Shown here: piece after piece, positions 39,430-52,317 of the stretch
How the letters are laid out: each line of letters opens with the position of its first letter
Numbering within the stretch: the first letter of the stretch is position 1
Assembly: GCF_004010195.1 (NCBI RefSeq)
Contig: NC_057727.1
Coordinates: 47,813,506 to 47,877,505, forward strand
Direction of reading: 5' to 3'
Source of the DNA: Chiloscyllium plagiosum
Taxonomy: Eukaryota
DNA: 64,000 bases
Made by a program: the position numbers and the translations under genes
Notes under the pieces: generated by a model
Told to the model about the DNA's origin: nothing
Databases searched by the model: none
What the model saw: only the letters and a program-made list of their open reading frames with translations

Positions 39430-39953
39430 ATGAACAAGAACAGAAATTGCTGCAAAAGCTTAGCAGGTCTGGCAGCATCTGTGGAGAGAAATCAGAGTTA
39501 GCATTTTGGGTCAAGTGACCCTTCATCAGAATTGATGGTGGCCTGGAAGATATTGGTTTATATGCAGAAAATAGTGTGGAAGCGGGTAAGGAATAAATGG
39601 GATAGAGAGAGAGAGAGAGAGAGAGGAATGGTTGGACAGAGAGAGGAATGGTTGGACAGACAAAGATAATGATCTGGCTACAAGGGTGAATAGTTATTTA
39701 TGGGGTCTGTCAGAAGCTAACAATGGGTTGTGTGTAATAGCCAACTATGTAATAACAAGGCCTATTGTGCGGGCCTGAGGTAAGGACATGGAAGAACTCA
39801 AGCATTAAGGTTTCCTTGCTACCATCAGTTCTGAGGAAAACTCACTTGACCAACAATGTTAATTCTGATTTCTCTCCACAGATGCTGCCAGACTTGCTGA
39901 GCTTTTCCAGTAGTTTCCATTTTTGTTTTTGAACTGCAATTCTTTTGGTTTTT
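39430..39953. mobile_element. Inverted pair of Penelope 3' ends (minus arm 39430-39810, plus arm 39811-39953)
   Basis: The arms are reverse complements over ~110 bp; each has a decayed hammerhead core. Confidence 0.85.
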
Positions 39954-39969
39954 AAAACAACACAATCTA

Positions 39970-40135
39970 GTTGTCATCAAATTGCTGTGTTTGGATGCAT
40001 CTGTGCACAAATTAGTTGTCACATCTTCGAAATTAAAATGATGACTACATTTCAAGGTGCTTCATTGTCTGCAAAGTGTTTTGGACTGTCCTGAAGTATT
40101 AATAGGCACAAAAAAAAAACACAGGTCTCTCTTTC
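39970..40135 (+). mobile_element. 3' half of a Deu-type SINE / L2 tail
   Basis: Similar to 18085-18237. Confidence 0.55.
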
Positions 40136-40189
40136 TTGTGTGCGCAACTATTTCAACAAGACTGACAAAAGTTTTTTGTTCAAAGGGTA

Positions 40190-41220
40190 CCACAGATGCT
40201 GTAAATCAGAAATAAGAAATAGAAAATGCTTGAAAAGGACTCAGCAGGCTAGGACAGTATCTGAGTAGAGAGAGAAACAGAGATAATGTTTTCAGGTCTG
40301 TGACCTTTCACCAGAACCATGAAAAGTTTAAGATATTTGAGCATGTGGTGAATGGTACAAGGACAACAGGAAGATTGTCAAAGGTTTGAAAACAGGAGAG
40401 ATGGAATGGCAGAGAATTGGCCATAGAAGGCCAAAGAAAATGGTTGTGGGACAAGAAAAGAATCAAAACATGGGCTTGGAGCAAGTGCGTTGCTCACTGT
40501 AAGAAATGAAAGAAACCAAGGAGAGAAAAGGAAACAGAATGGAGACAGTATATGGTCTGGACTTGAACTCACCATTGAATCCAGAAGGCTGTTATGTGCC
40601 AGATTAGAAAATGACTTTTCAAGATGAAAGATGGTCCTGAAGCTGACATTGTGTCTCACTCAGGTTGAGAGCAAAAGTAGCAGTATGAAAACAAGAGGGA
40701 GATTAAAGGCTGCTGGAAATTTGGGACCATACCAATTGACAATTGGAGGTGTTTCACTAAGTGGTCATCTAATGTGCATTTGATTTTATCAATATTGAGA
40801 AGTGAATACAGTGTACAAAATTGAAAGGAGATTGCAAAATTGTTACTTCACCTGGAAAAGGCTTTGGACAGTGTGGAGGTTGGAAGTAAAACACTAAGTG
40901 TTTACATGGGTTTTGAAAGGTGCCTTGGGAGAGAAAAGGGATGTTGGTGACTGAGGAGTGGACTAGGGTATCTCAGAGGGAATGGACACTTCGAAGTGTT
41001 GAATCGGGTGGGAAAGGAAGATGTGTTTGAGGGCAACATCACACTGAAAGAATGAAACATGGCAGAAAATGATGCACTGAATGCAGAAGCTGGTGGGATG
41101 GAAAGTGAGGACAAGGAGAATCCCATTGTGGTTCTGGGGAGAGGGAAATGTTGTGGGAAGAACTGTGACTGACATAATCAAGGGATTCATCAACCATGGT
41201 GGGGATGGGGAATGCATTCA
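40190..41220 (-). mobile_element. Penelope-like retroelement 3' portion (RT-GIY-YIG linker, endonuclease remnant, 3' UTR, decayed hammerhead)
   Basis: GILLVLTFHPTSFCIQCIIFCH...LKHIF linker motif; terminal ctggtgaaaggtcacagacctgaaaacatta. Confidence 0.8.
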
Positions 41221-42490
41221 AATTAGTAAGCTAGTTTCATTAAAATTTAGTAAATTTAAAACCAAACTGATGACAAAATTGCATTTCCTTTATCTCGCGC
41301 AGAGCAGGACTAAGACCTGGCATATTACTCTGCATCTATTTTTCTGTTGTATTTGTCATGTCATCAGCTGCACCTACTGGAAGGTCAAACACACATTGAA
41401 TGAACTCCTCCATTCTGTCTAATCCCAGGCTTCCAGTGGTCCCTCATTTTAACTGTCCATTGTATGGACATTGCTGCACAATCTAGTACAACTGACTAGC
41501 AACAAAGAAAATCATTCAAAAGGCTGTAATTTAAACTTCTGGTGATAATGTGAAATCAGATTGGCTTTCTGTGACATTATTTCAAGGCAGTGATGTACAA
41601 CTGTACAGTGTGCTCATTACATCTTCACTGAAAGTTCAGATTTATCTCAAAAATGTGTTGCACACATGCATTACTGTTTTAGTAGCACAGTACATGCATA
41701 GACACATTGGTAGATTTCTTAATCCTATTGTCTATCAGAACTATTAAGCAGGGAATACGACTGCACTATTTGACCGTACTACTCCAATGAGTCTCAACAT
41801 CATGCCATTTTTACTAATCACTCATTAGCTGCATGGATTGAATTCTACTGGCTAGAAGTTATTCATTGTTAAATATTGTTTGTTAAAATTCTGATCGGTC
41901 TAGAGCAGTTGCACAGAATTTATGTCTGGAGGTTGAAAAAGTTCCTGAAGAGAAAGAAAAGAAAATTGCATGTAATTTAAATCTAAAGACAATGGGATTG
42001 CCTGGGTTCTGTAATTTTCCTTGGCTGTTTAACAGCTCTGAGGACTGACACCCCTTTTGTGTCTGGATGATATTTTTGTCTATGGTTTTAAATGAACATG
42101 CTTCAAGGTAAAGTGATCTGTTTCATGGGAGAACATTTTAGATGATGTGGCAACATTTTGAGGAATAGAACAGCTGTCTGAAACTCAGATGTTTTGCACA
42201 AACCATCGCTGAAATCGCTCAGCTGGCACCTGCACATTTAGTGATCATTTGGTGAAAGTAATCATTTGGGGACCTGCTCAAATTGACTGTTTGAATTGAA
42301 TTTCAGTGTAATGAAATTAAATGTGAGAATAATTGTATAGAACAACACTCTTCACAACAGCTTACAACTTGCATTAGTGAACTGCTTATTTAGTGTTGAC
42401 GGAGCCAATTCTATTACATTCGTTACTTTTTGTTCATCTGATTAATTCTTGATAACAAGACTCAACTGTAGTTCCTAAATTAAAATAAAA

Positions 42491-42960
42491 GGCTGAATTT
42501 TCCAATTTGCAGTTAAAGTGTGATGGTGACTGAGTTTCATTGCGTCCAGTCTGCCATGGCCTGGAGCAAGTTTCTCTCCCATGATCTTTCTCTTTTCAAC
42601 TTATTAATTTTTTGACCAAGGTGTCTGTGGGGGATAATATGGCAGATGAGATAGGTTTGCTTGCCACTGGTGCGACCTTGCTGCCTACAGGCTTGTGGTA
42701 CGGTGTTTAAAGCCCAACTTCAGATCTTGCAGTTCAGGAACAATCCCTCACACTGTGGTGCTTGTCACAGAAAAAAGTTGCAGAGAAAAGGAAAGCTAGC
42801 TCCATGAAGGGGTCTGGATGTTTACTGGGTGATAGAGATGAAGGCCATCCTTGGGGACCTTGATAGTGTGTGCTGTGTGTGACAGAGGTAAGACCCCTTA
42901 CTTGCTAGAGGTACAAATATTGGATTTGCCTAGAAAAGAGCGGGAATGCTCATGTGGAGA
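42491..42960 (+). mobile_element. Harbinger-type element: TIR-like left end plus Myb/SANT-like start
   Basis: ggctgaattttcc at 42491; QRKGKLAP at 42781, matching the copies at 14042 and 22452. Confidence 0.5.
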
Positions 42961-44194
42961 TGGAGAGACACCATTGGTAAGCTTCATTGTGTTGTGCTAC
43001 TGTCAAGCACTAACACTTTCTTAATTTGCTCAAACTTTTATCCATCGTCCTTAACTACCTCCCTTTCTCCTCTTATGCGGATACTTGTTCGGACAAAGAT
43101 AGTATTAGAGACACTCAGATCAACATCCAACTTCAAGAAAGAAGCCCAGGAACCCTCAGGAGGATGCACCAGAAAGGTATTCTCTTGCATCTTCCAACAG
43201 TTCAGAGACTTTCACCTTGCCAAGTACTTTTTATAGATTAGACTTGGGAGCACAATTTGGTGAGAACATAATTGACGTATCCCTGCATCTGGTCAAGGAA
43301 GAAAATGCCAGGTCTATAGCACTTAGGGTGCTGCCAGAGACCAGGTAACTGCTAAGACATGTCCATATTCATGACCATTCATTACTTGACCAAACTGCAG
43401 GTAAAGGCACTGGAACAGCAGGTAGGCTTTTTTGGCAATCAGTAATTTAGAACAAAGGATGAAGGAGTCCACTAATGTTCTCAGTACTGTGTTGGTTCTG
43501 CAGCCTGCTTAGCTTCATGGGATAAGTTGGAGACTGCTGCAGAGATTCAAGTCTGGCAGAACTCTCAGTGGCTCAGATCCATTACAATGCATCCTAATGT
43601 TCTGCCTTTATACAGAACTCCATAGTCTCATGCCTTGAGACTTCAGAGATACATGACATTATCCAATTATCTTTTGCACAACCAAGGATTTGATGAAATA
43701 TTGAAATAAGTTCTGTGAGTAAGCCATCATGTCAGCACCCCCAAACCCCCACTCTCTGACCCGCACAGATGATCAAAACTAGTTTGGGGATTCCATTGAT
43801 CTTTGTTTATCTTACAGGACATATACATGCTTGTACACGGAGATCTTTTCCCAGATAGAAACAATCCTACCTCTTGTTATAAAGAATCAGCATTCACCGT
43901 GTGATATATAGCAACCTGCTCTGCAGGTCCAGTGGTGTGTGGGAAAAGGAGAACTGTAACACCTAGCCAAGTTTTTACTTTATATAACTTGTGAGTATAA
44001 TTCCCGATGCTCTCTTATCAAATCCTATTGTAATAATGGTTCATAGGAATAGAATCGAGCTCCTTCATTCTATTATGAACTTTAATCAGATCAACACAAA
44101 GTACACATTACTCTGAAGTACAGGAAGCTAGATAATTGAGCCAATTTGTGTTACTGAGGTTTTAACCTGGGGATTAAGGTTTATTTTTAAAAAG

Positions 44195-44515
44195 GTGCAT
44201 GCAGAAATGTATTTATTGCCCGTTCCTAATTGAATGGCTATTTAAGAGGCGATCAGATTGCTATGGGGCTGGGGTCACCAATAGGCTACATCATCTACAG
44301 ATATCACTCTCTAAAGGCTATTAACAATCAAATAGGTTTTTATGACAATCCGTTAATTACAGGATCACAATTACCGATACTACTTTTTAAAAATTAAAAT
44401 ATAGTCATTAGCTGAATTTGAGTTCCTCAGCTGCTATGTTAGGATCTGAATTTATGTGCTACCAGATTATTAAACTACCCCTCTGGATTGCTAGTCTAGT
44501 CACATAATTACTATA
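44195..44515 (-). mobile_element. Old MetaSINE-like copy
   Basis: Antisense head (ctctggattgctagtctagt), core and tail colinear with 21522-21790. Confidence 0.7.
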
Positions 44516-44859
44516 CTGACACTTCCAAGTGGAATCTTATGGTACTTCTTTGAATTTTTTTCAAAGCATCGATACCACCAGCTGTTTGAAGACAATGAAA
44601 ACTGGATGTTGTGAATGGAAACATTTGTGAGGCAGGAACATGATATAATATTTGTTGAGCTTTATCAAAACACTTTCCCAGAGCCATGGCACATCCTGCT
44701 TCTAGGTTCCCCAGCCATTTTGTTAATTCTGTCAAAGAGAGAGTTTCTGATTAAAGAGACCAAGACATGGGTTATAAGGGCTAACCAGCATTTAGATTTT
44801 TGACACTGCAGCCTGGGAAGGATACCCCTTGGGCCATTTGCTCTAAACCAGAAGTCCAG

Positions 44860-45340
44860 CTGTGGGATCTGAGGTGAAGTGAGGATAACTTTCCCAATAA
44901 TGAGAAAAGGAGCTGGAACTCTCGAACTGAGCATGCATGAGTGGAAACATGAGGAAGTTGGTGGTGGAGGTGTGGCCCCTGCAACCTTCAGACTGTGCAC
45001 TAAGAGGATCCAGTCACTGAGAAAGAAAGGAAAGGTGAGTCATGTAGCACTTTCAAGCTCCACACCCGGCCTAATGCTGTCTACAACAACACAATTTGCA
45101 GCTCCACTGATTCACTCTCTGCTGCATCTCACATCTGCATGTGAGCTTATTATCACACTCACCATCAGTCTAATGCCGTCTGAGACTCATGCCTTCACAA
45201 GCAATGTCTTCTGCTATGCTGCACAGATCTTATTATGTTGCAGTCACATTTTTCTCTGCATTTTTTCTCCCTGCAGGAAAAGGAAGTACATGGCTTGCTG
45301 GAAGAGGTGGGAATATGAAGGCAGCATGAGGTGACTAGAC
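44860..45340 (+). pseudogene. Two-exon Myb/SANT-like gene relic
   Basis: ITFP...EW...EVGGGGVAPATFRLCTKRIQSLRKKGK|gtgagt (donor 45035); acceptor ctccctgcag at 45276. Confidence 0.55.
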
Positions 45341-47039
45341 ACCTTATTAACCACTGGCAATGCATCTCCATCTGGATCACTGGGAGGAATGCTGTTCCTG
45401 GAACCTGCAAATATCAGCAGTGACCTCTGAGATCCTGAGGCTCCTGATGCACGCAAGCTTAGATACGTCAGGACAGATGATTTTACGACTGAGGGTCTTG
45501 TTGTAGTGATCAAGACTTTTTCTTGTTGAATATTGGTATTCAGCCCTTCTGCCCTGTGGAGGGGCATGTGACTGAGAAGGTAGTTGCTGCTTCTACTGGT
45601 GTTACTGCTGCTTGAGATATTTTTGGTGACGTAAGTTGTGCTTGTTTTCGTCATCAGAGGGGAAAGATGGAACAGTATAACCTGCTTCTTTGCTGTGTGG
45701 AGGCTTGTTGGAAAATGATGCTGAATGAAGTGCCAAATGGTGTAGGGACTTCCAAGAAGTTGCCAATCACCATTGCAGTGGTAAGAGCACTCCATGAGAG
45801 GAAATGCTTTCAATAGCCCCCTCTCAATTGGCCAAGGCTGGAGTTCTTCAGTTTCATTGAGCAAAGGCTTCACAACTTGTCAGTTTCAATGAAGAAGCAT
45901 TTTCCATTGTGCAAGCAACTCGTGACTCTGACAAGTTGCTTGTAACACAGGAGATAGGTGCCCTGGCTCTTACAGTTGAATCCAAGAAGATTTATGGAGG
46001 TTATTAGTTAGTTTCCCAATTACCTTAATTGGTTTTTCACCAGATTCTTGGACTTTCTCCACCCAGAATTGATAGAGATAGGATTCTATGCAAGCTTGCA
46101 AGCCTACCCTAACTGGGAATATCTCCCACCCCTCCTGTATTTTAATTATGGCCTCAGCCATGAACGTTTACAAGGCCAAAATAGTATGTTTTTCATTTTG
46201 ATTGATGATACTCCTACAACAATTCTCCAGACATTTTAATACTTTATATAAAAATGTAAATCGTCCTGTGACTGCAAGCTTGAACTTCTGGTGTTTTGAC
46301 GATAGTGCCAGTGATTTGTTGGCGAAACCTTTGCAGTGCAAAAAAAACTGAAGCTTCCAGCCCTCTTTCTTTCACACCACTTTTTCTCCCCTGTAGGGTG
46401 TACCAGTGTTTATAATGTAGAAAACCACATCATAAGATTGTGGGCCATGGCTTCCTGGGCCACTGCTACAGAGGTACAGACAGTCACTTTTCTGGCAACT
46501 AATTGAGGTCCTTATATGGTCAATCAATGCCCACTTGATGGTCTCCTGTTGCTAGCAGTGGGATTTTATGTGTGGTCCAACTGGCAAGCTAAGTTTAACT
46601 GACAGAATGGTGTTCAGAGAAGGAGTGAGGGTGCCTCTTATTTGCTCAATGGAAGCCATACCCATGGTAATTTCTACGCTTCATTTTTCCCTTCCCCCCA
46701 TTACCAGACAGCCCTGGCCCTCAGCACCTTCAATGGGTACTGTCAGCCAAGGCCCATGTTTCACCCCAGCAGCAATGCTAAATGTCCACCTCAGTGATTG
46801 TTGCCATGATAACCATGGCGATATATCGCCCCCGTTGGCACCGCTTGAACAATAGAGCTGCTGGTGATCTGATGGATTGACAACTCTCAGAAGATGGAGT
46901 TCTTCTCCAAAGGGGAAATCCAAACTTGAGCCAAAATAACCCCAAGAATTGGTAAATAACCCCAGGTGATTTGATTTATTTATTTATTGTCACAAGTATT
47001 TTGTTACAACAGTGAATGAAGGCTCACCAATAACTTGTT

Positions 47040-47450
47040 GGGAGAACAAGACTCAGTCCCCAGTGTAAACCTTGGACCCTTGATCTGTAGGATGATTTCC
47101 TATCATCCTAACACTTGTACACACCTTGGCATAATTCATAAACTTGTAGATCATTCCTCCAATATTTACATCAAGATTATTAATTAACGTGGCAAATGGT
47201 CTAACACTATTCACTATGGGTCACCAATAATAATTGGTCTCCAAGCAGATCTAGATCCATCAACGACCAATTTCTGCCCATATGCTTTCAGTCAATTTTC
47301 AAGCCACTGCAACAAATTGTCACTAATTCCACAGTATTCAGTCTTCCAGACAAACTTCTTATATATCTGAATAAAATAAATTTCTGAAACCCAAAATAGG
47401 TCATGTCTATTAGATTACTCTCACTGTAAATGCATTCAAAAATATTTATA
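47040..47450 (-). mobile_element. Very old CR1 RT fragment
   Basis: DMTYFGFQKF...LSGRLNTVELV, a degenerate DVVYLDFQKAF motif. Confidence 0.55.
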
Positions 47451-48239
47451 ATTTTGCTGCATGTGGTGTTCAAAGCATTAAAATATCATTACAATGAAAG
47501 TCCAAGGGAAACAAAAATGACCTTTAATTGAAAGCAAATTTTAATAGCACTGAAAACTTTCAAGAGCCTTCAACATCTGTGATATTGACGGTGGCATTAA
47601 AGCTTTCCATTTATTGGTCATTAGCTGTACAGCACACAGCCTTTCTGAGGAAAGTGGTCTTTTGAGCTTCTTATACCAAGCTTGCAGTCACCTCGCACCT
47701 TTAGCACACGAAGACAGCCAAATGTGCTTGAATCAAATGTGCGTGAATCAAAAAATGAAGCATCAGGAGAGCTGGCTGAAAGCTGATCAAAGAAGGATCT
47801 TAAAAGGTTTGGGGAGGCAGAGAAAATTGCAGAGCTATGGGTCCAAGACAATGATGAAGTAAAAGGCAGGAAGAGTTCAAAAATTCAGAGTTCAGAGAGT
47901 TAGGTGTATACATTTTAAAAATTGCAATATGACATTAACTGGGTGGCTGTGTTTGGACTGAATAATAGAAATATGTTAGAAAGCTCTACTAAATGAATTA
48001 TTGCATTCAAGTGCAAAATTGTACAAAATTAAATATTGAAAGAAGTAGAAATGTTGCAAATCAACATTATGTAAGTATTATATTGATTATATGATTAGTC
48101 ACTAGTTGTAGAAATATTTAAACATGTTTTTAATGATGATACAATTTCTGACTGAAATTTGAAACACGCCTAGTGTGGCAAGCCTGAAGATGAGCAATAT
48201 ATTTCTGTGGTGCGTCACTCTTCTCCTGCTTCTCCAAAG

Positions 48240-49810
48240 CTTGTCCACCTTCACTTGCCTGGATGAGTGAACGCCTGGCAATGCTTAGACAAAGAGCATG
48301 ATTGGGAGGCAAACGTTCTCTCCCTTTACCACCAGCATGCAGCAGCAGCAGAATTAACTAATTGAGAGATGCATTTCAGCAACTTGACAAGCTTCCTGTG
48401 ACAGCAGTTTCCAAATTCTCAACCTCTATCTTCTAAAAAGACAAGGGCAGCCAAGTCTAGAACAATACCTGCATGATCCCTCTTCAAGCCAGGCACTATC
48501 TTATTTTGGAACTATTTGACTGAGTATGGCATCAGGGAACACTGGAATGAATTTGTATCAGGGACAAACTCTCTGGTGGTTGAAGTCAGGTCTGGCACAT
48601 AAGAAGATGGTTGTGGTTGTTGGAGGTCAGTTATCTCAGGTCTGTGACATCTCTGCAGGAGTTCCTTAGGTTAAGTGGCCTAGGCCCAACCATCTTCAGC
48701 TGTTTCATAAATGACCTTCCCTCCATCATAAGTTCAGAAGTGGGGATGTTCGCTGATGATTGCAGAATGTTCAGCACCATTCGTGACTCCTCAGATACTG
48801 AATCAGTCAGTGTTCAAATCCAACAAGATCTGGACAATACCCAGATTTGGGCTGACAAGTGGCAAGTAACATTCACACCACACAAATGCCAGGCTATAAC
48901 CATCATCAATAAGAGACCATCTAAACACCGCCTCTTGACATTCAATAGTGCTACCATCATTAAATTCTTCACTATCAACGTCCTACAGGTTATCATTGAA
49001 ACTCAACTGGATTCACCACATAAACACAGTGGCGACAAGGGTAGGTCAGAGACTAAGAATACTGTGGTGACTAACTCTCCTCCTGACTCCTCAAAGCCTG
49101 TCAACCATCTACAAGGCACAAGTCAGGAGTGTGATGGAATACTTCCCACTTACCAGAAGTAGTGCAGCTCCAACAACACTCAAGAAGCTTGACACCATCC
49201 AGGACAAAACAGCCCGCTTGATTAGCAATACATCCACAAGAATCCATTCCCTCCATCACTAACGCTCAGTAGCAGCAGTGTGTACTAGCTACAAGATCCA
49301 TTGCAGAAATTCACCAAAGATCCTCAGACAGTATCTTCCAAACCCACAACTAATTCCATCTGGGACAAGAGCAGCAGATACATGGGAACACCACCACCTT
49401 CAAGTTCCCCTCCAAGCCACTAACCATCCTGACTTGGAAATATATCAATGCTCCTTCACTGTCACTGAGTCAAAGTCTTGGAATTCACTGCTTAATGGCA
49501 TTGTGGGTCAACACACAGCAAGTGGACTGCTGTGGTTCAAGAAGGTAGCTCACCACCATCTTCTCAAGGGCAATCATGGCTGGGCAACAAATGCTGACCA
49601 GCCAGCGATGCTCACATCCTACAGATGAATAGTTTAAAAAAAAATCACTGCTCCTTAAGTGTAGCTGGGTCAAAATCCTGGAAATTTATTCATAACGGTA
49701 CTGTGGGTTCAAGAGGGCAGCTGACCACCACTTTCTCCAGGTCAATTACAGATAGACAAGAAATACTGACCTTGTTAGTAATATTTGCTTTCCATTAAAT
49801 AATTTTTAAA
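48240..49810 (+). mobile_element. CR1-like (second family) copy at 48516-49643 nested inside an older copy of the same family
   Basis: LGPTIFSCFINDLPSIISSEVGMFADDC...QQDLDNTQIWADKWQVTF; the flanks on either side continue the same 3' consensus. Confidence 0.9.
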
Positions 49811-52220
49811 AATTGTAAACAGGTTAGTTGTTTTGTGTATATCTTGTTAAACTGTTGCAGTTTTAAAAACAAAGAATATTTTTGAATAAATAATCATAAT
49901 TTAGGTGATGTTATACTGTATTCCTTTTAAGTAGTGATTAATAGACACTTTTTCTAGAATTCAACCTGCTAACTACAATAAGGTTACTATTTATTCTTGA
50001 GAATGAGCTGGCAGCTCATGATCTTGCAGCTGAGTTCCTGCTTAGCTCATTTATGAATTGATCTTTATTTTCCAATGTTTGAGTTGTCACAGTTGTAAAT
50101 TTTGTATCACGTCCTCATGACTAAACCTCCCATTCAATGATTTTGGTGCACTCAGACTAATTTCATGGGAAAATCATTACTTCAATTGCTTAGTCAAATC
50201 ACTTTTGTTTGTTAAATGGAAATAGATCGCTATTCAATAGTGTACAATGCACTTTGAAAGCTGTACTGTAAATCTCTTTTTTTAAACTGTATTAATTTTT
50301 CTTGCTTTTGAGTCTTCAACTATTTACCATCACAATTAAGGATAGTTAGATAAAATATATCAGACTCCTGCCAGAACCAAGTACAGGGAAGCATTTATAA
50401 CAGTGAGGGATCACTCGTCAACTGGGATCTTTGAACACAATCCACAACCACAGGCCCCTTTAAAATAGGTGGATTTTTATACTGATCAAAGGGCTGCAAG
50501 GATGGCATAGCGAGAATGGAATCCTTTTTTGATAACCTGAACCTCCCCAGAATAAATGCAGAGCAGGCCTCCCTTTTAAATGCATCCCTGATGATAGAAG
50601 AGGTGCAGGAGGTGAAGCACCCGGTCCAGACGGGTTCCCGAGTGAGTTTTACAAGGCGTTTATGCACATGTTAGCTGAACCACTTCTGGAGATGTATGGT
50701 CATTTGTATAACCAGGACTGCCTGCCACCATCCCTTTGGGAAGCCAATATCACCCAAAAGGGAAAGACCCCGAGGATTGCACGTCATATAGACCTATCTA
50801 GTTGTTGAATGTAGTTTTCAAAATTTTAACAAAAGTCCTGGCCCTGAGGCTGGAAAAGATACTGCCTGTTATGATAAAAGAAAACCAGATGTGTTTTATG
50901 TGTTTTATCATCCATAATATCAGGAGGGTACTGAATATAGTATATGTATGTCAGCAGAGATTGATTCTGTGCTTGGAGGTATCCTTGGATGCAGAAAAGG
51001 TGTTTGATCAGGTGGAATGGTCGTATCTCCTTGATGTTCTAGATCGGTTTAGCTTTGGAGGGGCCTTCGCTTGGTGGGTGGCAGTGATATATAGAGACCC
51101 CAAGGCGGCAGTTATCACGAACGGCAGCCGACAGGAGTGGCCTCTCTCACTGCTGCTATTACTTTGGTAATTGAGCCGCTGGTAGATGCCATCCAGCGGG
51201 ACCCTGAAATAGTGGCACCAAAATTACTCTTTATGCAGACGATGTCTTTCTGTTTCTTGCTAATCTGGAAAAGTCCCCAGCAAACACAAAAAGTTAAATT
51301 ATTCGGCAGTTTCTTGGGATGCAGGATAAATTTCAACAAGTCGGAATTCATGCCTGTGGGAGGATTAATGGAACTGCCTGAGTTGGAGGATAGAATGCAG
51401 TTTCCTTTTTGGTAGTCACAAGAAGGTTTTCTCTACCTGGGAATGTTTATTACCCCTGTCTTCCATCAGCTATATGCAGCTAACTTTGTGCAACTGTTGG
51501 ATAGGATAAAGCAGGACATGCAGCAGTGGGAGGGGCTACCAATAATGTGGTAGGCCATATAGCCCTGATTAAAATGCATGTTCTTTCTCGGTTATTATAC
51601 CCTATGAGGATGTTCCTGTTGTTGCTACCCAGATAGGTGCTGTGGTGCTTTACCGGTTGGCTTGGTCATTTATTTGGCACTGAAGGCACCCCGAATTAAG
51701 TTTATTAAGCTGCATCTCCTGCAGGGTATGGGGGGGAAGTGGGTGGGGTCATGGATCTTATAGATCACAAGAGATGCCAAATAGATGTCCTGTTGTCATA
51801 TGTGGGTGGCTGGGTGTGTAAGGACTTGAGGTCGATGCAGCTTGATGCTGCCTCGCAGGCAAGGTGTCCCCTTGTTAATTTATTGTTTATGGACAAAATG
51901 TGATCTGTGGCTGTGAGAGGCCAATTATCTTCAATATGGTGAAAGCTTGGAGGATAATGCAGCAGGGTGAGGGCAACTTACTTAAGACTTCGCCATTCAC
52001 CCCATTAGTGGGACTCTCAGGATTTAGGCCGGGGTCAATAGACTCCAGCTTTCGAGTATGGAAGGGTAAAGGAATCTCCTGTCTGGGAGATTTATTTGAG
52101 GGAGAGATCTTTATGTCTTTTAACCAGTTAAGTCAGAAATATGGGTTACCTTATAGGGAACTCTTTTGATATTTTTAGGTTAAGGATTATATACAGAAGA
52201 AGACCATGCTCTTTGCTCAG

Positions 52221-52316
52221 AGCTGAAAAATGTGTTGCTGGAAAAGCACAACAGGTCAGGCAGCATCCAAGGAGCAGGAGAATCGACGTTTCGGGCATAA
52301 GCCCTTCTTCAGGAAT
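52221..52316 (-). mobile_element. 96-bp Penelope-tail insert with 16-bp TSD inside the L1
   Basis: Flanks catgctctttgctcag (52205-52220) / catgttcttggctcag (52317-52332). Confidence 0.88.
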
Positions 52317-52317
52317 C
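52281..52317 (-). ncRNA. Minimal type I hammerhead ribozyme, intact core
   Basis: gauuc CUGAAGA a GGGC uuau GCCC GAAA CG UC gauu: core intact, ACGU palindromic stem III, GUC cleavage triplet. Confidence 0.82.

Noticed and set aside
41303-41399. Signal-peptide-like frame AGLRPGILLCIYFSVVFVMSSAAPTGR after an AG
   Set aside because: No start codon or good donor, stops soon after; T-rich DNA gives hydrophobic peptides by chance
42036-42107. Segment with good acceptor and donor signals
   Set aside because: All three frames contain stops; this shows that splice-like signals alone are weak evidence here
45244-45873. 209-aa minus-strand ORF
   Set aside because: Antisense to a decayed Myb/Harbinger relic; no domain motifs or splice support
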